64,000 nt of DNA from Octopus vulgaris (lineage: Eukaryota): positions 50,654,001-50,718,000 of the forward strand of contig OX597830.1 in NCBI GenBank assembly GCA_951406725.2. Reading direction: 5' to 3'. The notes below the pieces were generated by a model. That model saw only the letters and a list, made by a program, of their open reading frames with translations. It was not told the DNA's origin and searched no databases. The position numbers and the translations under genes are program-made. Of this stretch, positions 31,725 to 45,513 are shown piece by piece. Numbering within the stretch: the first letter of the stretch is position 1; every line of letters starts with the position of its first letter.

Positions 31725-31949
31725 AACTTAACTTTATTTGCATGTGAAAATCTTGTAAGAATGCTATTTTTTCTTTCCCGTCTGCTTGCCAAGATAAATA
31801 AGAAAGGCAATCTCTTGTCATAAACTTCTATCTGCTGCTATAATACGAACAAACTTCAGCTGTTCGACGGAGCAGCTGAATTCCAATAATATCCATTGTT
31901 GTATTTTATATATATATGGATGTATGAATGTGTATGAATACCGTTAATC

Positions 31950-32120
31950 CAGACACTTTGTTTTTGTCTCTCCGTTTTCTTTCCCCCATTCCATTCTGCC
32001 GAAGAACGTAGGTTCGAAACGTCTAAGAATTTTCCTTTTTCTTGGTCAGCGTCAAACTAGCACACCTTGCTTGTTCCCTCACCCGCCTCTGTCTTTTGCT
32101 TGTTGTACATTTGCACCATG
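31950..32120 (+). mobile_element. Penelope-like pLTR fragment with variant hammerhead motif
   Basis: CTGCCGAA-GAAC-GTAG-GTTC-GAAA-CG-TC at 31996-32023; related to the 53660 and 2240 copies. Confidence 0.5.
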
Positions 32121-32289
32121 TGAATGTCTGTGTTGGTGTATGTATGTCTATATGTACATACGAGCAAAACGCCCCACACTTATATATACATATATACATA
32201 CATATTCTAAACGATACCTGTGAAACTCATCCTAAGAAAGGCTTCATGGTAATACAGCAATACAGTTGCAATGAAATATCTCAAATACA

Positions 32290-32376
32290 GGAAATAAAAC
32301 CCTCCGTGACCCACCGCGAAAGCCCAAGCGATCCTCCAGGGGTCATGACCCCAAGTTAAGAACCGCTGGTCTAGAT
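32290..32376. mobile_element. hAT/Charlie-like terminal fragment
   Basis: ggggtcatgaccccaagttaagaaccgctg followed by gtctagat, which fits the NTCTAGAN target preference of Charlie elements. Confidence 0.5.
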
Positions 32377-32461
32377 ATTTCATCTCGTATAGATGTATAA
32401 TACTACAAAGCACAGAAGTGTCTCAGAAGGAGACGGAAAGCGTCCGGTAGCGGCTGTGGAA

Positions 32462-32506
32462 TTGCTACATCCGGATTTCTACGTCTTTGCGCTTCATCAG
32501 TAATAA
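32462..32506 (-). ncRNA. Hammerhead ribozyme motif with non-cleavable G at position 17
   Basis: Minus strand ttatta-CTGATGA-agcgcaaagacgta-GAAA-tccgga-TG-tagcaa; palindromic stem III ATCCGGAT. Confidence 0.6.
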
Positions 32507-32690
32507 GTATCCACTATCAACGCTTTCTTAAGCAAATTTCGCTTCTACTGATGCAGAAAAACAGTGATAAACCAATCGCTAGTGTCGCAAATAGCTAGCA
32601 GACGTGGTAAAAATTCGAAATTAACGACGAAAGTAGAGTTAGCTTAGAATAGATTTCTCTATTTCTTAGCACGGCTTTCGTCGGTCGATG

Positions 32691-32734
<44 letters not shown>

Positions 32735-33642
32735 GCGCACACACACATTCACACACACACATACACACTCTACACCCCACAATCACATACGCACGTACAC
32801 GCACACATTTATATATATGTATACACGTATATATATATATGTGTATCTCATATCTACAAACCTATATACGTGCATAGAGATGTCTGTTGCGTGAATGTGT
32901 CCCTGTATGTTCGTGTGTGCGTGTTTTAGTCCGTGTGTGCGCGTGTGTGTGTGTATGTGTGTGTGTTTGTGTGTGCCGGCTGTAGTAGACGTAAGTTTGT
33001 GGAGGGTTTGTAGAGTTTGATGTTTATGCTGCTATCAACACGAAACGGTTCAGTGATTCTACATCGCTTCATTGTCTGCTGAATGAAGATTTGGCGTCTA
33101 CGCATGCGATTGTGACTAGATGGCCAATGAATAGCTGAAACAGACCTGTAAGTTATACTCCATTCCACTACACAAATGCTCACACACTGAGAAACAAACA
33201 CACACACACACACGCTCACACACACATGCACACAGACGTACACGCGGATAGACATAAATGTAATACAAAATACATAAACAACTGAGTGATCAATACATTT
33301 GCAGAACAGGTGTGTGTTGTTATTTAAACTTCATCAATGCCGATAGACAGAAATTCCTTTTCCTTGCCAAAATCGATGGTCAAAGAACTCGTCTCAGCAG
33401 GAACTTCTTGTCAAATAAACATCTAACACATTCTTGTGGCAGTAGAACTACCACAGCTCTTCTCTGTAGAATCTCTTGGAGCAAATAGATCACATCTCTG
33501 GTCATGTCTGCTATTGTAAAGTCATCGAATAAAAATCTTTACGTGGAAGCTAGACTTACCGAAAATAACAGCCAAATCGTCCTCAACGCACACCCGACCG
33601 TTTAAAAGAAACACTGGGTGGTCTAATCACTACCATGCAAAA

Positions 33643-33874
33643 GGTGGCGAGCTGGCAGGAACGTTAGCACGCCGGGTGAAATGCGTAGCCGTATTTCGTC
33701 TGCCGTTACGTTCTGAGTTCAAATTCCGCCGAGGTCGACTTTGCCTTTCATCCTTTCGGGGTCGATAAATTAAGTACCAGGTGACGCACTGTGGTCGATG
33801 TAATTGACTTAATCCGTTTGTCTGTCCTTGTTTGTCCCCTCTGTGTTTAGCCCCTTGTAGGTAGTAAAGAAATA
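33643..33874 (+). mobile_element. tRNA-derived SINE family A, full length
   Basis: Full head-core-tail; diverged 21-bp TSD ggtctaatcactaccatgcaa (33620-33640) / ggtataatcactatcaggcaa (33875-33895). Confidence 0.95.
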
Positions 33875-34136
33875 GGTATAATCACTATCAGGCAACATGA
33901 CAGTACGGTCACGGTTGTAATGCATTTGATCATAGGGGAGGATCGATATGAGAACTGAACAACAAATATATAACATCAAAAACATTGTGGCTATCTTCTC
34001 AGCCAAAATGTGTGTATGTGGCTGTTCTCCTTGCTAGAAATAGCAGTAGTTATGCATCAATCCAACCACACCGTATGCTCCTAGAAAAGAATGCATAAAT
34101 GTTTGTATTCTATACACACACACACGTGTAAATATG

Positions 34137-34189
<53 letters not shown>

Positions 34190-34531
34190 TTATTCACTTT
34201 TATACATATTGACCGATCTATAAATAGTTAGACAAGCTGATAGACAGACAGACAGACAGATAGATAGGTAGATAGCACTAATGCATTAAATTATATACGA
34301 AACATTGACAGGCTGGTGCTAAACAGAGGTATGCTGTAATCATATTACAGTTTTTGTTCAAAGTCCATTCCGTACTATACCAAAACTTTCCCCCTCTGTG
34401 CTCACTTCCAGAACAATATCAGGCTTGTCTACGAATCTGCCAGCTTCTTATTCATTCTTTCCCAATTACTGCTGAAAGGGCAAATTCAAATAGTTTCCGC
34501 TGACCCCACTCGCAACACAAGTCCTATTTGT

Positions 34532-34585
<54 letters not shown>

Positions 34586-34587
34586 GC

Positions 34588-34643
<56 letters not shown>

Positions 34644-34807
34644 GCATATATACATATATATATATATACATACATATATATATATATAATGTATTGATAT
34701 ATACATATATACATATATATATATATATCAATATATACATACATATATATATATAAATACCCACACCATCCCTCTTTCTCTCCCTTCATCTCTCTCTCTC
34801 TCTCTTT

Positions 34808-34858
<51 letters not shown>

Positions 34859-36519
34859 TATGTATATGCACTTATATATATATATGTCCATATTTATACA
34901 CACACACACACACATATATATACAGAGAGAGAGAGAGAGAGAGAGAAAGAGTAATGGAGGGAGGGAGGGCGGTAGAGAGAGAGAGAAAAGGAGAGTGTGG
35001 GTATCAATCAATGCTGTACTTGTTTAAGAAAAGTGCAAAAAGGACATTGATCGGATTTGAACTGAGCGTGAAGAACTCTTGGGCAATTACAACATATGAC
35101 TTTATCTGGGGCTTTAATGACTTTTATTTCTCCACCATTGTAAAATAGTGATTCCCTAAACACTTTTGGCAAGTGAAAGGACCACCATCCCCTCGTAATA
35201 AAAGAGTTAAATCCTCGATATTTTGATAAGTAAAAGGAGTACCTTTCGCCGGTGATCAGTTTCGAAAAGATTATTATTTTCAACACCTGATAGATTTAGT
35301 AACCACGTGGCTTTTTCAACTGTTCTGCAAGATATTTTTAGGAACGAGAGTCAATTCTTGACCACGTTTTAGATACGAGGAGAGGTTCATAGCATTTAAA
35401 TCTCACTGAAATTATTCCCACAGTTCTTTTCGAAGGGACACACTAATATAGTCCTAGATATACTGTTTCAAAGCCAAAAACAAAAACAAAGGAAACAGAC
35501 AGAAAGCAATGACAGGCTGAAGTGCCCTTTTAATTTCTCGATCAGGTCTGATCTTCTGACCTTGATGTAAACAAGAACAGCAGCTACAATTTAGTATAAA
35601 ATATTCCGTAATTGGTCATTCTTAGTGATGTTCCTTCGATTAGACAAAATATTTATCATATAACTAAAACTGATATAAAGTGAAATTTTCAGCGACAGTA
35701 AATCTCTTAAATATATGAATATTAAACATACGAAAACTAATGTAATACAAATACTAAAACTGCGTCTAATATGTAATTATATTATTATTAATATTAAGTA
35801 TGGTTTCCTATATCAAATATTGATCTAACACAGTTATCTTTCTTAGGTCTAAACAAGACATTTACCATGTAATTAGAGCATAACGCCGTTTGAGATACTA
35901 CAACGAGAAACAGTATATTAAAGTTGGTTCGCCTACTAACTTTGCTCTAAGTTTATAAAATATGCATTAAATAATGTTTCGTATATTCAAGTATTTTATA
36001 AACAGACCGGTTAATTGTTAGTTTTATGATACATGGAGATAAATCTGAAATCTCAGTAAACTAGTAATGGCTTTTATCGGTGTCATTTAGTCAAGAGGAG
36101 GCTACAAGTGGAGCCGTGGTTAATTGTGTTTAATTACCGCTGTGAGCGGTCGAGAATTTGACGTTTCTAATATTTGTCTTGTCGTCTGTGAAGACCAGTG
36201 AGAAAGAGCAAAGTGGGGTTTGGTGGGAAGTGGTTCAATATATTTTGAAGGATTTCAAACGAAGGAATTATGTGTAGCGTAGAGTGAGATGATGTACGAG
36301 AGTCAGAAAAGTGCATGTTCGAGATGAAAAGAAAAGAAATGAAAATTAGAACAGACATTATTTCCGTTGATTCGCTTGCAATGACTTCGTATTTTGACAG
36401 AATTAAGGATAACATAAATGTTTTAGCATTATAAGGAGTTACAAACTCTTAATTGAATGTGAAATAATTAGTTTGTGGATCTCGAAAATAATTAAGCAAT
36501 AAATAAGAACATGTAAATA

Positions 36520-37098
36520 TTCTTTTCTCCTCTTGGCACAAGGTCCGAAATTTTGGGGGAGGGGCCAGTCGATTAGAGCAACCTCGGTACGCGACTGGTA
36601 CTTAATTTATCGACCCCGAAATGATGGAAGGCAAAGACGACTTCCACGGAATTTGAACTCAGATCGCAAAGACAGACGAAATATCGCTAAGAATTCCGTC
36701 CGGCGTGCTAACGTTTCTACTAGAACTCCGCCTTAGTACATGTAAATATTCCTTTCTGCTATAAGCACAAAACTTGAAATTCTGGGGGAGGGGTAAGTCA
36801 ATTACATCGACCCCCGTGTTCCACCGGTAGTTAATTTATCAATCCCGAAAGGATGAAAGGCAAAATCGACCTCGGCGGAATTTGAACTCAGAACGCAACG
36901 GCAGACGAAAAACCTATTTCTTTACTACCCACAAGGGGCTAAACACAGAAGGGACAAACAAGGACAGACAAAGTGATTAAGTCGATTATATCGACCTCAA
37001 TGCGTAACTGGTACTTATTTAATCGACCCCGAAAGGATGAGAGGCAAAGTCGACCTCGGCGGAATTTGAACTCAGAACGTAACGGCAGACGAAATACC
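36520..37098 (-). mobile_element. Three stacked SINE copies (two B-tail, one A-tail)
   Basis: 36520-36735, 36750-36910, 36911-37098; direct repeat acatgtaaatattc at 36509-36522 and 36738-36751. Confidence 0.9.
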
Positions 37099-38719
37099 TA
37101 AATACGCTAAACGTAGAAACATTAAGATATAAATAATAAAATTTGAAATAAAATTAAGTTTATTACTTGAACCGTAAGCCACAGCAAACACTTAAATTTA
37201 TTCCACCATAATTAATTTTAGTCGTATATCTTTTATTAAATATTCAATTAGATACAAACGTGTCTGCAAACTGACTTTAGTCGTTTCTTTAATATATTTT
37301 TTTTAATTAAACCAATTCTAATAAGAAAAGTTTTGATAGAATTATGTTCTTGGAATCAACTAAAGGTGAACAGAGGACACGGGTCAATCTGGAATATGTG
37401 TTGACCTTAGGAGTCAGTCGCTAAGATATCTGAATCGAGAGGCTTTTGTAAAGTCTTTCTGCATTCCCCTGAGCATAGCAATGTCTTTGAAGTTGCCATA
37501 GAGATTCTATTGATGTATACATTAATAAATGGCATCAGCTGTATTTCCATGTTACCGTATGTCTCTTTTAGGTGGACAGAGTGGACAATGCAGAAGCATG
37601 GCCTTTATATTGCCATTATGCAGTAGAACTGATCTCAAACATCTTTGATATGGATCAATGAAGAAATACACTCACTTCACCTGCTTCATGACTTTGTTAC
37701 AAGTTTGTGAAGAATTCGATTATGTCATTCCACTAGCAGAAAAGGCAAAAATTAAATTAAATTTAAAATGTAGACAAATTACAAATTCTGCCTTCGGTTT
37801 TATGATCAAGTATATTTAGAATACTTGAGACAAGAACTACTTTCTCTTTAGATAACAACGTTCAAACTATTCTCAATATATAAAATTCGATTTAAATTTC
37901 TTTCTGCTATGCATCAAAGATCTGTAGAAATTCTAGTGCCATTTATATCGTAGCGCTATCCACTTCAACATCTTTAAGATATTGACCATTATTTTGGTTA
38001 AAGGAGGTGGCCATTTTTTCATCAACATCGTTTGGGTCTACATGATGACAACAACTTTGTGTTTTGTGCCTGCGGTTTCAAACCCGGTTTTGTTGATATG
38101 AACAAGATAACTGTCAGTTTTAAGCGTTCATCGTTTTCTCCGTATCACGAATGTTGTAAGATCATCGAACATGTCTTGTTGATGAACCAATCATGTAGTC
38201 ACTATGAATAAGAAGGGTAGAGTCAGTTGAGTCGCCACTTGTGATCGTGCTCACTTATATAATAAGTACCAAAAAATATTTTGCATATTTTCATAAATCC
38301 AGTTCACTTTGAAAATTCGTCCTTGAGTCGCAGGTATTAAATTTATAACGGTGAGGCCAATAATTTATAAGGGGAGGCCTTAAGTCGATACAATGGATCT
38401 TAGTACTTAAGCGGTAGGTTTTTTTTTTGTCGAGTCGGGAGGATGAAAAGTGAAGTTGACTTTTCATCCTTAGACCTCTCCCTTTCATCATCACCATCAC
38501 TATCAACATCATCATCAGCAACAACTACAAATCAAAAATTGCACATATTTCAAGCAGTATGACGGACGTGTCAAACACATTGTTCAACCCTCGATTGAAT
38601 AAATTCTCCAAATTTTAAGGCCAAATACCATCTTCTGTGTCTTGAAAGTGGTTCTGGAACAATGCCGTGTATACAAATTCAAAACTTATATGAATATAAC
38701 TGATAATGAAATTTTGCTA

Positions 38720-38990
38720 TACACCCCTTTTCAGATAAACAGGCCTACCCATTCATTTTACATAAACAAAACTGGTACCCATTTTAAAGAAACAACTTTG
38801 CCACTAGTTGTGCATAAACTATTCCGCCACCCGATTTAGATAAATAACTCTGATACTCGTTTTCGATAACCAAATTTGTCACTCGTTTTCGAGAAGTAAC
38901 TGTGCCACCCGCATAAACAATTTGCCACCATGTTTAGATAAACCTCTCTACAACCGGTTTTTAACAAATCCGCCCCTCATTCTATGATGC
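38720..38990. repeat. Degenerate ~30-bp tandem repeat (ataaacaactttgccacccgtttt-like)
   Basis: Recurring ataaac..gccacc/cactcg..tttt units. Confidence 0.6.
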
Positions 38991-39049
38991 AAGTTTTCAT
39001 ACGTTGACAAATATGAAAAGAGTACACACAGTGTTGTGTATACACTGTA

Positions 39050-39218
<169 letters not shown>

Positions 39219-40138
39219 CATAGAATATACAGACTACTGTGTATACACACTGTTATGCATGTGAATTCAACGACGAGGTTGATGTCTTTATATTTCTATG
39301 AGCTCGGAAATATCAAATGAAATTTCTTTTCTAATTGTGCAACGAAATAATAATAATGATGATGACGACGACGACGACGACAATGATGACGGTGATGATG
39401 ATGATGATGATAAATAAATAAATAAAAATAAGTTTGCTTTTAATTTTTAATTGCATCTTTGAGTGGGGAATGTAACGAAGCCAAAACTATGCGGTCTACT
39501 GAGTTGAAATGCTAGGGAAACATGGTTTGGGACAGCGAGTGTGTGTGCGTATGGGATGGATGAAGGGTTGTTGCGAATAACAAGATATTCGTTAGACATT
39601 TTGATATAAATAACAACAACAACAACAACAGGAACAAGCAGATCCGACTGTGTTCTGTCTTTATTTCCTAGTTTTCTTATTTTCAGATTCCGTTTTCTAC
39701 TTTCTGTATTCATAAATTTCGTGAAGCAATTCAAGTAGATCGCTCGCTGAAAGGGCATAGCGCTCTTTCTGTATAGAGTTTGTATCAATGACGTACTGGT
39801 GTCGATCATCATTTTAATAGAGAAACGAGAAAGAGAAGGAAAAAAGCTTCTGTGTGTGTATGCGTGTGTGTGTGTGAAATATAATGTTCATATAGTAAAG
39901 GAGATAGAGATAGAGGTAGTGAGAAGAGAAAGAAGTAGTGAGAGTACGCGTGTGTTTTCAAATGAGAGTTTGTCCTTTAAAGATGTTGCTGTGTAATAAA
40001 TAGCATAAATTTTATCTTCGCGTAAACACACCAGACTGCTGGCAAAATATATTCACTGATTACATATGGATGCGATACATACCATATATACATACACATA
40101 TACACACACATATATATAAGCATATACATATATGTATG

Positions 40139-40182
<44 letters not shown>

Positions 40183-40223
40183 CATATACATATGTATAAG
40201 CATATACATATATATATACATAC

Positions 40224-40297
<74 letters not shown>

Positions 40298-41144
40298 TCT
40301 ATATCTATGTAATTACCTATGTAAATATATTTAATATATACGCTTGTGTATGCGCATGAGTGTGTATGTATATACTTACATATACTTAGACATACATATA
40401 TATATATATATATATAAGCTGCATACATACATAGAGACACACGCACACACACATGTGTATACGTTTATTTACATATAAGTATGCTCCCACACATACATTT
40501 GTACACCGATATATACACTTGTAGTGGTGTGTGCATACACATATATACAAACGTGTGTACAATAGCATATACACACGCATAACTAGACGCATATCTTGAC
40601 ACACATACCCACACGCACACAATACGCATGACAACACACGCACAACACCGACCAGACACACATGCACGCACGCACACACACTCGCACACTCAACACGCGC
40701 ACACACACACACGCACGGATACATTCATATGTTCTTTTATTGATAATGTTTAATATTCTCAAAGCAATCAACACATCTCTTTATCCAAGTGTCTGTGTTG
40801 TCTACTATTGGACAAAGAACTCTGACTTTCACCTCTTTCTACGTCACCTTCCCCTCCTCCTCCTCCCCCCTCATTCGTCTCCTCCTCTTCACCCTCCTCC
40901 GCTCCATCCTCTTCCTCCTCCTCCTCCTCCTCCTCGTTCGTGTGTACCGCTACTAAAAACCAACCACCATAAACTTTTGCATTAAAAACTCATGAGTTTT
41001 TCACTCGAATGTACTGGGGAACATAAAACGGAGAAAATATCAACAGTAGATTCAAAGTCAGGAACGAGGATATGTGTACGCATGTGTGTGTGTGTGTGTG
41101 TGCGTTGGTGCGCACACACATACACACGTACACAAGTGTGTGTC

Positions 41145-41181
<37 letters not shown>

Positions 41182-41374
41182 ACTTGTGTGTGTGTGTGTG
41201 TGTGCGTATGTGTGTGTATTTATAAATATTTAGCAAAAGTAACAGAGTAACTCAAGAGTCGAGAGTTTCGTGCGTTGGCACATCTCAATTCTCAATTGTG
41301 TCCTCTCTCTCTTTGTCTATCTCCCTCTCTATCTATCAATCTATCAATCTATGTGTATATATATATATATATAT

Positions 41375-41494
41375 ATCAGCGTGATCACCTTGACTGACCA
41401 GGCTATCAGATGTTGCTACCCATCGCTGTTCACAATGCGCTTCGCATTGTTTTAACCTTCAAATGACGCCACCCCGCTGGCTAAGCAAGCAGGC

Positions 41495-41499
<5 letters not shown>
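41375..41499 (-). mobile_element. Short retroelement 3'-end fragment between (TA)n tracts (second copy at 50217-50383)
   Basis: Shared caggctatcagatgttgcta..cacaatgcgcttcgcattg..cgctggctaagcaagcaggccaaca. Strand and LINE origin are inferred. Confidence 0.6.
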
Positions 41500-41520
<21 letters not shown>

Positions 41521-41534
<14 letters not shown>

Positions 41535-41760
41535 AAATGAAGAAAATGCTGACAAATAATTAGGTAATTTAAGTAATTTAATTAGGTGAAAGTTCTTTTT
41601 ACCGGTTGCGCATTTGTTATGCTTATCAAAATATATTTTGATAAGCATATTTTGATAAGCATAACAAATGCGCAACCGGTAAAAAGAACTTTCACCTAAT
41701 TAAATTACTTAAATTACCTAATTATTTGTCAGCATTTTCTTCATTTCCTTTTTTATATAT
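41521..41760. repeat. Perfect palindrome: 114-bp arms with a 12-bp spacer
   Basis: 41521-41634 is the exact reverse complement of 41647-41760. Confidence 0.97.
41650..41683 (+). ncRNA. Variant minimal hammerhead motif (U3/A8, GCAA); mirrored at 41598-41631 on the minus strand
   Basis: tt-TTGATAA-GCAT-aacaa-ATGC-GCAA-CCGG-TA-aa. Confidence 0.45.
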
Positions 41761-42456
41761 CACCACTCGTGTTCGACATCTCCTTTTTTTAAATATATAT
41801 ATATATATATACATACACACATATAGATAGATACAGACATACATATGTATACACATACATATATATGTTTATATTTGCATATGAATGTATATGTATAGAT
41901 ATATATTCCAATATATTAAATAGTGTATTTGTGTATATATGCGAGTGCGCGTGCGCATGTGAATGTGTAATTTGTCACACACTGAGGGGAATGACCTGAA
42001 ATTAACATGCAAACCACATAGTAAAAGCCATATATGGATTGGGGTATTTGATTAATTAAACCCGAGACTTAGCGGAGAGAGATGAGACTGCTTCATCGTT
42101 CAGACATCAAGCACTGAGCTGAATGTGTCTGTGTTATATGTTAGATGCTCTATGAAGAATATGGTAGAGTATTCCGAAGAATATGAGGTGCCGAAGCACA
42201 AAATGGAATAAACACTATTAGAGGAAAGACATGGGACAGAGAGTCACTGATGAGATTACAGAACGTGCGACGAAAGGACTTTGGCAGACGTATAAACTAA
42301 GAAAAAAATAATACGAATAAAAACTAAAATGGAGATCAAATATACAATTGCGAGTGTTTAGTTGGCAAAAACAGAAAACAACTGACCGTTAATAAGTGTA
42401 AACAGTACACTGTTAAGGGTATGTGTGTATGTGCGCGTGTGCGTGCGTAAATATAA

Positions 42457-42551
42457 CAGGGTGGGGCAAAAATTTTGCACCAAAACGATTGTCATTTATA
42501 GTGTTATCATTATTATAATTATTATTAATACTCTTCATTTTGCTCACCGTG
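42457..42551. mobile_element. Tiny Tc1-like MITE relic
   Basis: cagggtggggcaaaa ... ttttgctcaccgtg(TA) imperfect TIRs. Confidence 0.3.
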
Positions 42552-42580
<29 letters not shown>

Positions 42581-42582
<2 letters not shown>

Positions 42583-43657
42583 AGGAAAAAAAAGCAACAA
42601 GAATGGATTAAAATCTCGGTACGATCGTTTCGTACGAGGACATCTTTAATAAGCTACAAAAATGCAGTGAATACAGATGGCTCAAATTAATATAATATAA
42701 TATAGTGTAGTGTATTATAGTTTAGTATAATAATATAATTGTTTAATTTCATTTAATATTTTCATTTAATAACATTATGTGTTTTATAGTTTAGTATAAT
42801 AATAATATAATAGTTTAATTTCATTTAAAAACAACCCATTTTTCTTTCCTTTCTAATGACCTCTTTGTAACCTGACAATCTATTAATAGTAACATTTATG
42901 AATAAAGAAATAAATTGTTTACCTCAGTTCGAATTTGTTCCAAACAAACTTAGACTTTTGTTAGTATCATTGGCCCATCCCCTAGCTTCCTTTCCTTTCT
43001 CTTTGACAGCTTAAATAGCAGTAACTGATTAAATTCCTACCCTTCCTCCTCTTTCTGTGATTCTTGAATATTTCATTAACTACCTGAACCACTACAATAT
43101 AAGGCTGTCATTTTTGCTTCTCATTCGGACTCCTGATATTTTCGCATGATTGTACCTTAAACCCTCCACAAAACTGGATTATATAAGGACATACACAAAT
43201 TTTGTAAGTTCATTTTTCATCAGATCTCCAAAAATCAAACTTATCTGCGATTCTTGTTAATTTCAATAACAATCTGTTCTTCACAGACATGACAGTCACT
43301 ATGTTTTATCAGACTTTCCTCTACATGGTGTGGCAGTCACTTTGCCTCTTATATTTTCGAATATGTATCCGAAAATTTCTTCATACAACTTGATCAAATA
43401 TCCAATATGAGCTATATGTAGACATGCATAAATTCTATAGGTTTAAAACCTTTCATCAGATCTCCATGAATCGAACTTTCTTCAATGCAGTTAATCCTAC
43501 AACCTCTTTATATCTACCCCTTTTGATGTTTGGGAATTCTCTGATATTTTTCGGCTGATAGTACGAGCCATCTGTATTCACTGCATTTTTGTAGCTTATT
43601 AAAGATGTCCTCGTACGAAACGATCATTTTAATCCATTCTTGTTGCTTTTTTCCTAT
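42581..43657. mobile_element. Penelope-like insert with ~100-bp inverted terminal arms (42581-42683 / 43565-43657)
   Basis: Arms near-identical apart from an 8-nt deletion; they carry the GAAA-CGATCG-TA hammerhead stem III signature; (TA)n flanks. Confidence 0.65.
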
Positions 43658-43760
43658 TTATAATCACCCCACTTGTCGTATGGCTATATAGATATCGGGT
43701 GCATTCTAGTTAAGGACCATATTCATGTGAATTCTTTAGAATTCACTAGAATCTATTACT

Positions 43761-43878
<118 letters not shown>

Positions 43879-45513
43879 TATATGTATATATATATGAACA
43901 GGAATTTGTACAATTTACTGGTATTATTCATTCAGCATTACATAAATGTCTTTTTCTAATAGGAATTACAGACTTCGACAGACATGTAAAGAATTTCCTG
44001 TTAGAAATTCTTCAGACAGAGAATTAAATAATACAAATTCTATATTTGGAGGAAGTGTTTATATTTACTTAGTAATCACGAGCATTATAGATCGTTGGGC
44101 GGGGGGGGAAGAAGAAAGAGCTAATCAAATATTACAGAAAAATGGTGGCGCAGAGAGGGAGTTATACGCATAAACACACACGCACGCACACACACACATG
44201 CAACACGCACGCATATACACACGCACATATACAAGCATACTAATATATGCGTACGCGCGCACACATACAGACAAACACATATATGCATACATATACACAT
44301 ACACGCACATATATATATATATACATACACACATATACACACACATATGCACACATTTACATATACACACACGCACATATACGCCTAGATCTTTAGTTAC
44401 ATGAATAAATAAATATATATATATATATATATATAAGCACACATATATATAAACACACAATCTCTCACATACACAAATACATATATAAGTTTATACACAT
44501 ACACATTCGTATGCATACAGACATTAATTACCGCCCACTAAATTTCAAAGATGGTTGCAAATAGTTACATATAATTATTCTGGCAAGACATGAGTGTGTG
44601 TGTGTCTGTGTGTGTATCGGGGGTGGGGGCCAAAAAGGCGATTCTTCGGCTATCAATAATCGTCTTCATGAACGTTAATATGCTCATGAAATGGGTTGGG
44701 CGATCTCCTTATACTTTTTCATTACAATTCATATGAAACGGATGTAAAGAAACACTCGAGCTTTATAATTATCTATTGTGTATAAATTCATACCAGAAGT
44801 TTATACTATTGCGTTAATAGCTTTTTATGACTTTTGTAGGAAGAGAGACAAGCGTTCCATATTAATTCCAAATTACCCTAAATAAGAAATTGCAATGATA
44901 TTTTAAATTTCACCTCTGTCTGTTTTAGTCTCATATTCTTTGATTTTGCCATCATGTTTCCTCTTCACATTGAAACCAGTTAGCTACTTTATAAATTGAT
45001 AAGGATATGTTGGTAGTTTGTAGAATGTTATTTTTCAATACACTTTTCTAAGAATACGATATAGTGTGTTTTAATACTTCAAAGTGACAACAAATGGAAA
45101 AAAAATCATCTGATGTCTCTTCTTTATCTTTCACTACTTGTCACATTTCTCTTTTCACAATGGCCATTTTCGCATTATCTGCTTAGAATAATATTGATAT
45201 AATTTATGAACACAATAATGTTTATTATTTTACTTCATGCTGAAGCATCTCCCTCTAATACAACAATAAACAGCAGAAACCATTCTAAACTATACTGCTA
45301 GACCATTGTTTAGTGTGGCGGGTAGGAATAATGGGAGGCCGAGGAGTTAAAGGAATTTGAGGTCAGCAAAGGTTACAGAAGAAGGTCAGACAACTGAGCT
45401 CATGAGTAAGTAAGATCGTTAAATATTTGAGTGTGTGAGAAGTAGGGTTGAGATAAGTTACAGACGGCCTTAAGAAACTAGCCTCAAACCGAACACGTAG
45501 AAGTGTATATACC

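Noticed and set aside
35008-35286. 92-aa minus-strand ORF vaguely like the mariner ITGDE / SAGKVM region
   Set aside because: Similarity too weak, with no TIRs or catalytic residues identifiable.
37560-37780. Possible exon after ctcttttag
   Set aside because: Stops in all three frames, no clear donor site and no recognisable protein.
39660-39800. Polypyrimidine tract plus CAG acceptor-like site
   Set aside because: No open frame or supporting donor; cannot call an exon without transcript data.
42243-42285. CTGATGA...GAAA hammerhead-like spacing on the plus strand
   Set aside because: Stem II does not pair and stem III would have a 2-nt non-palindromic loop; too weak.
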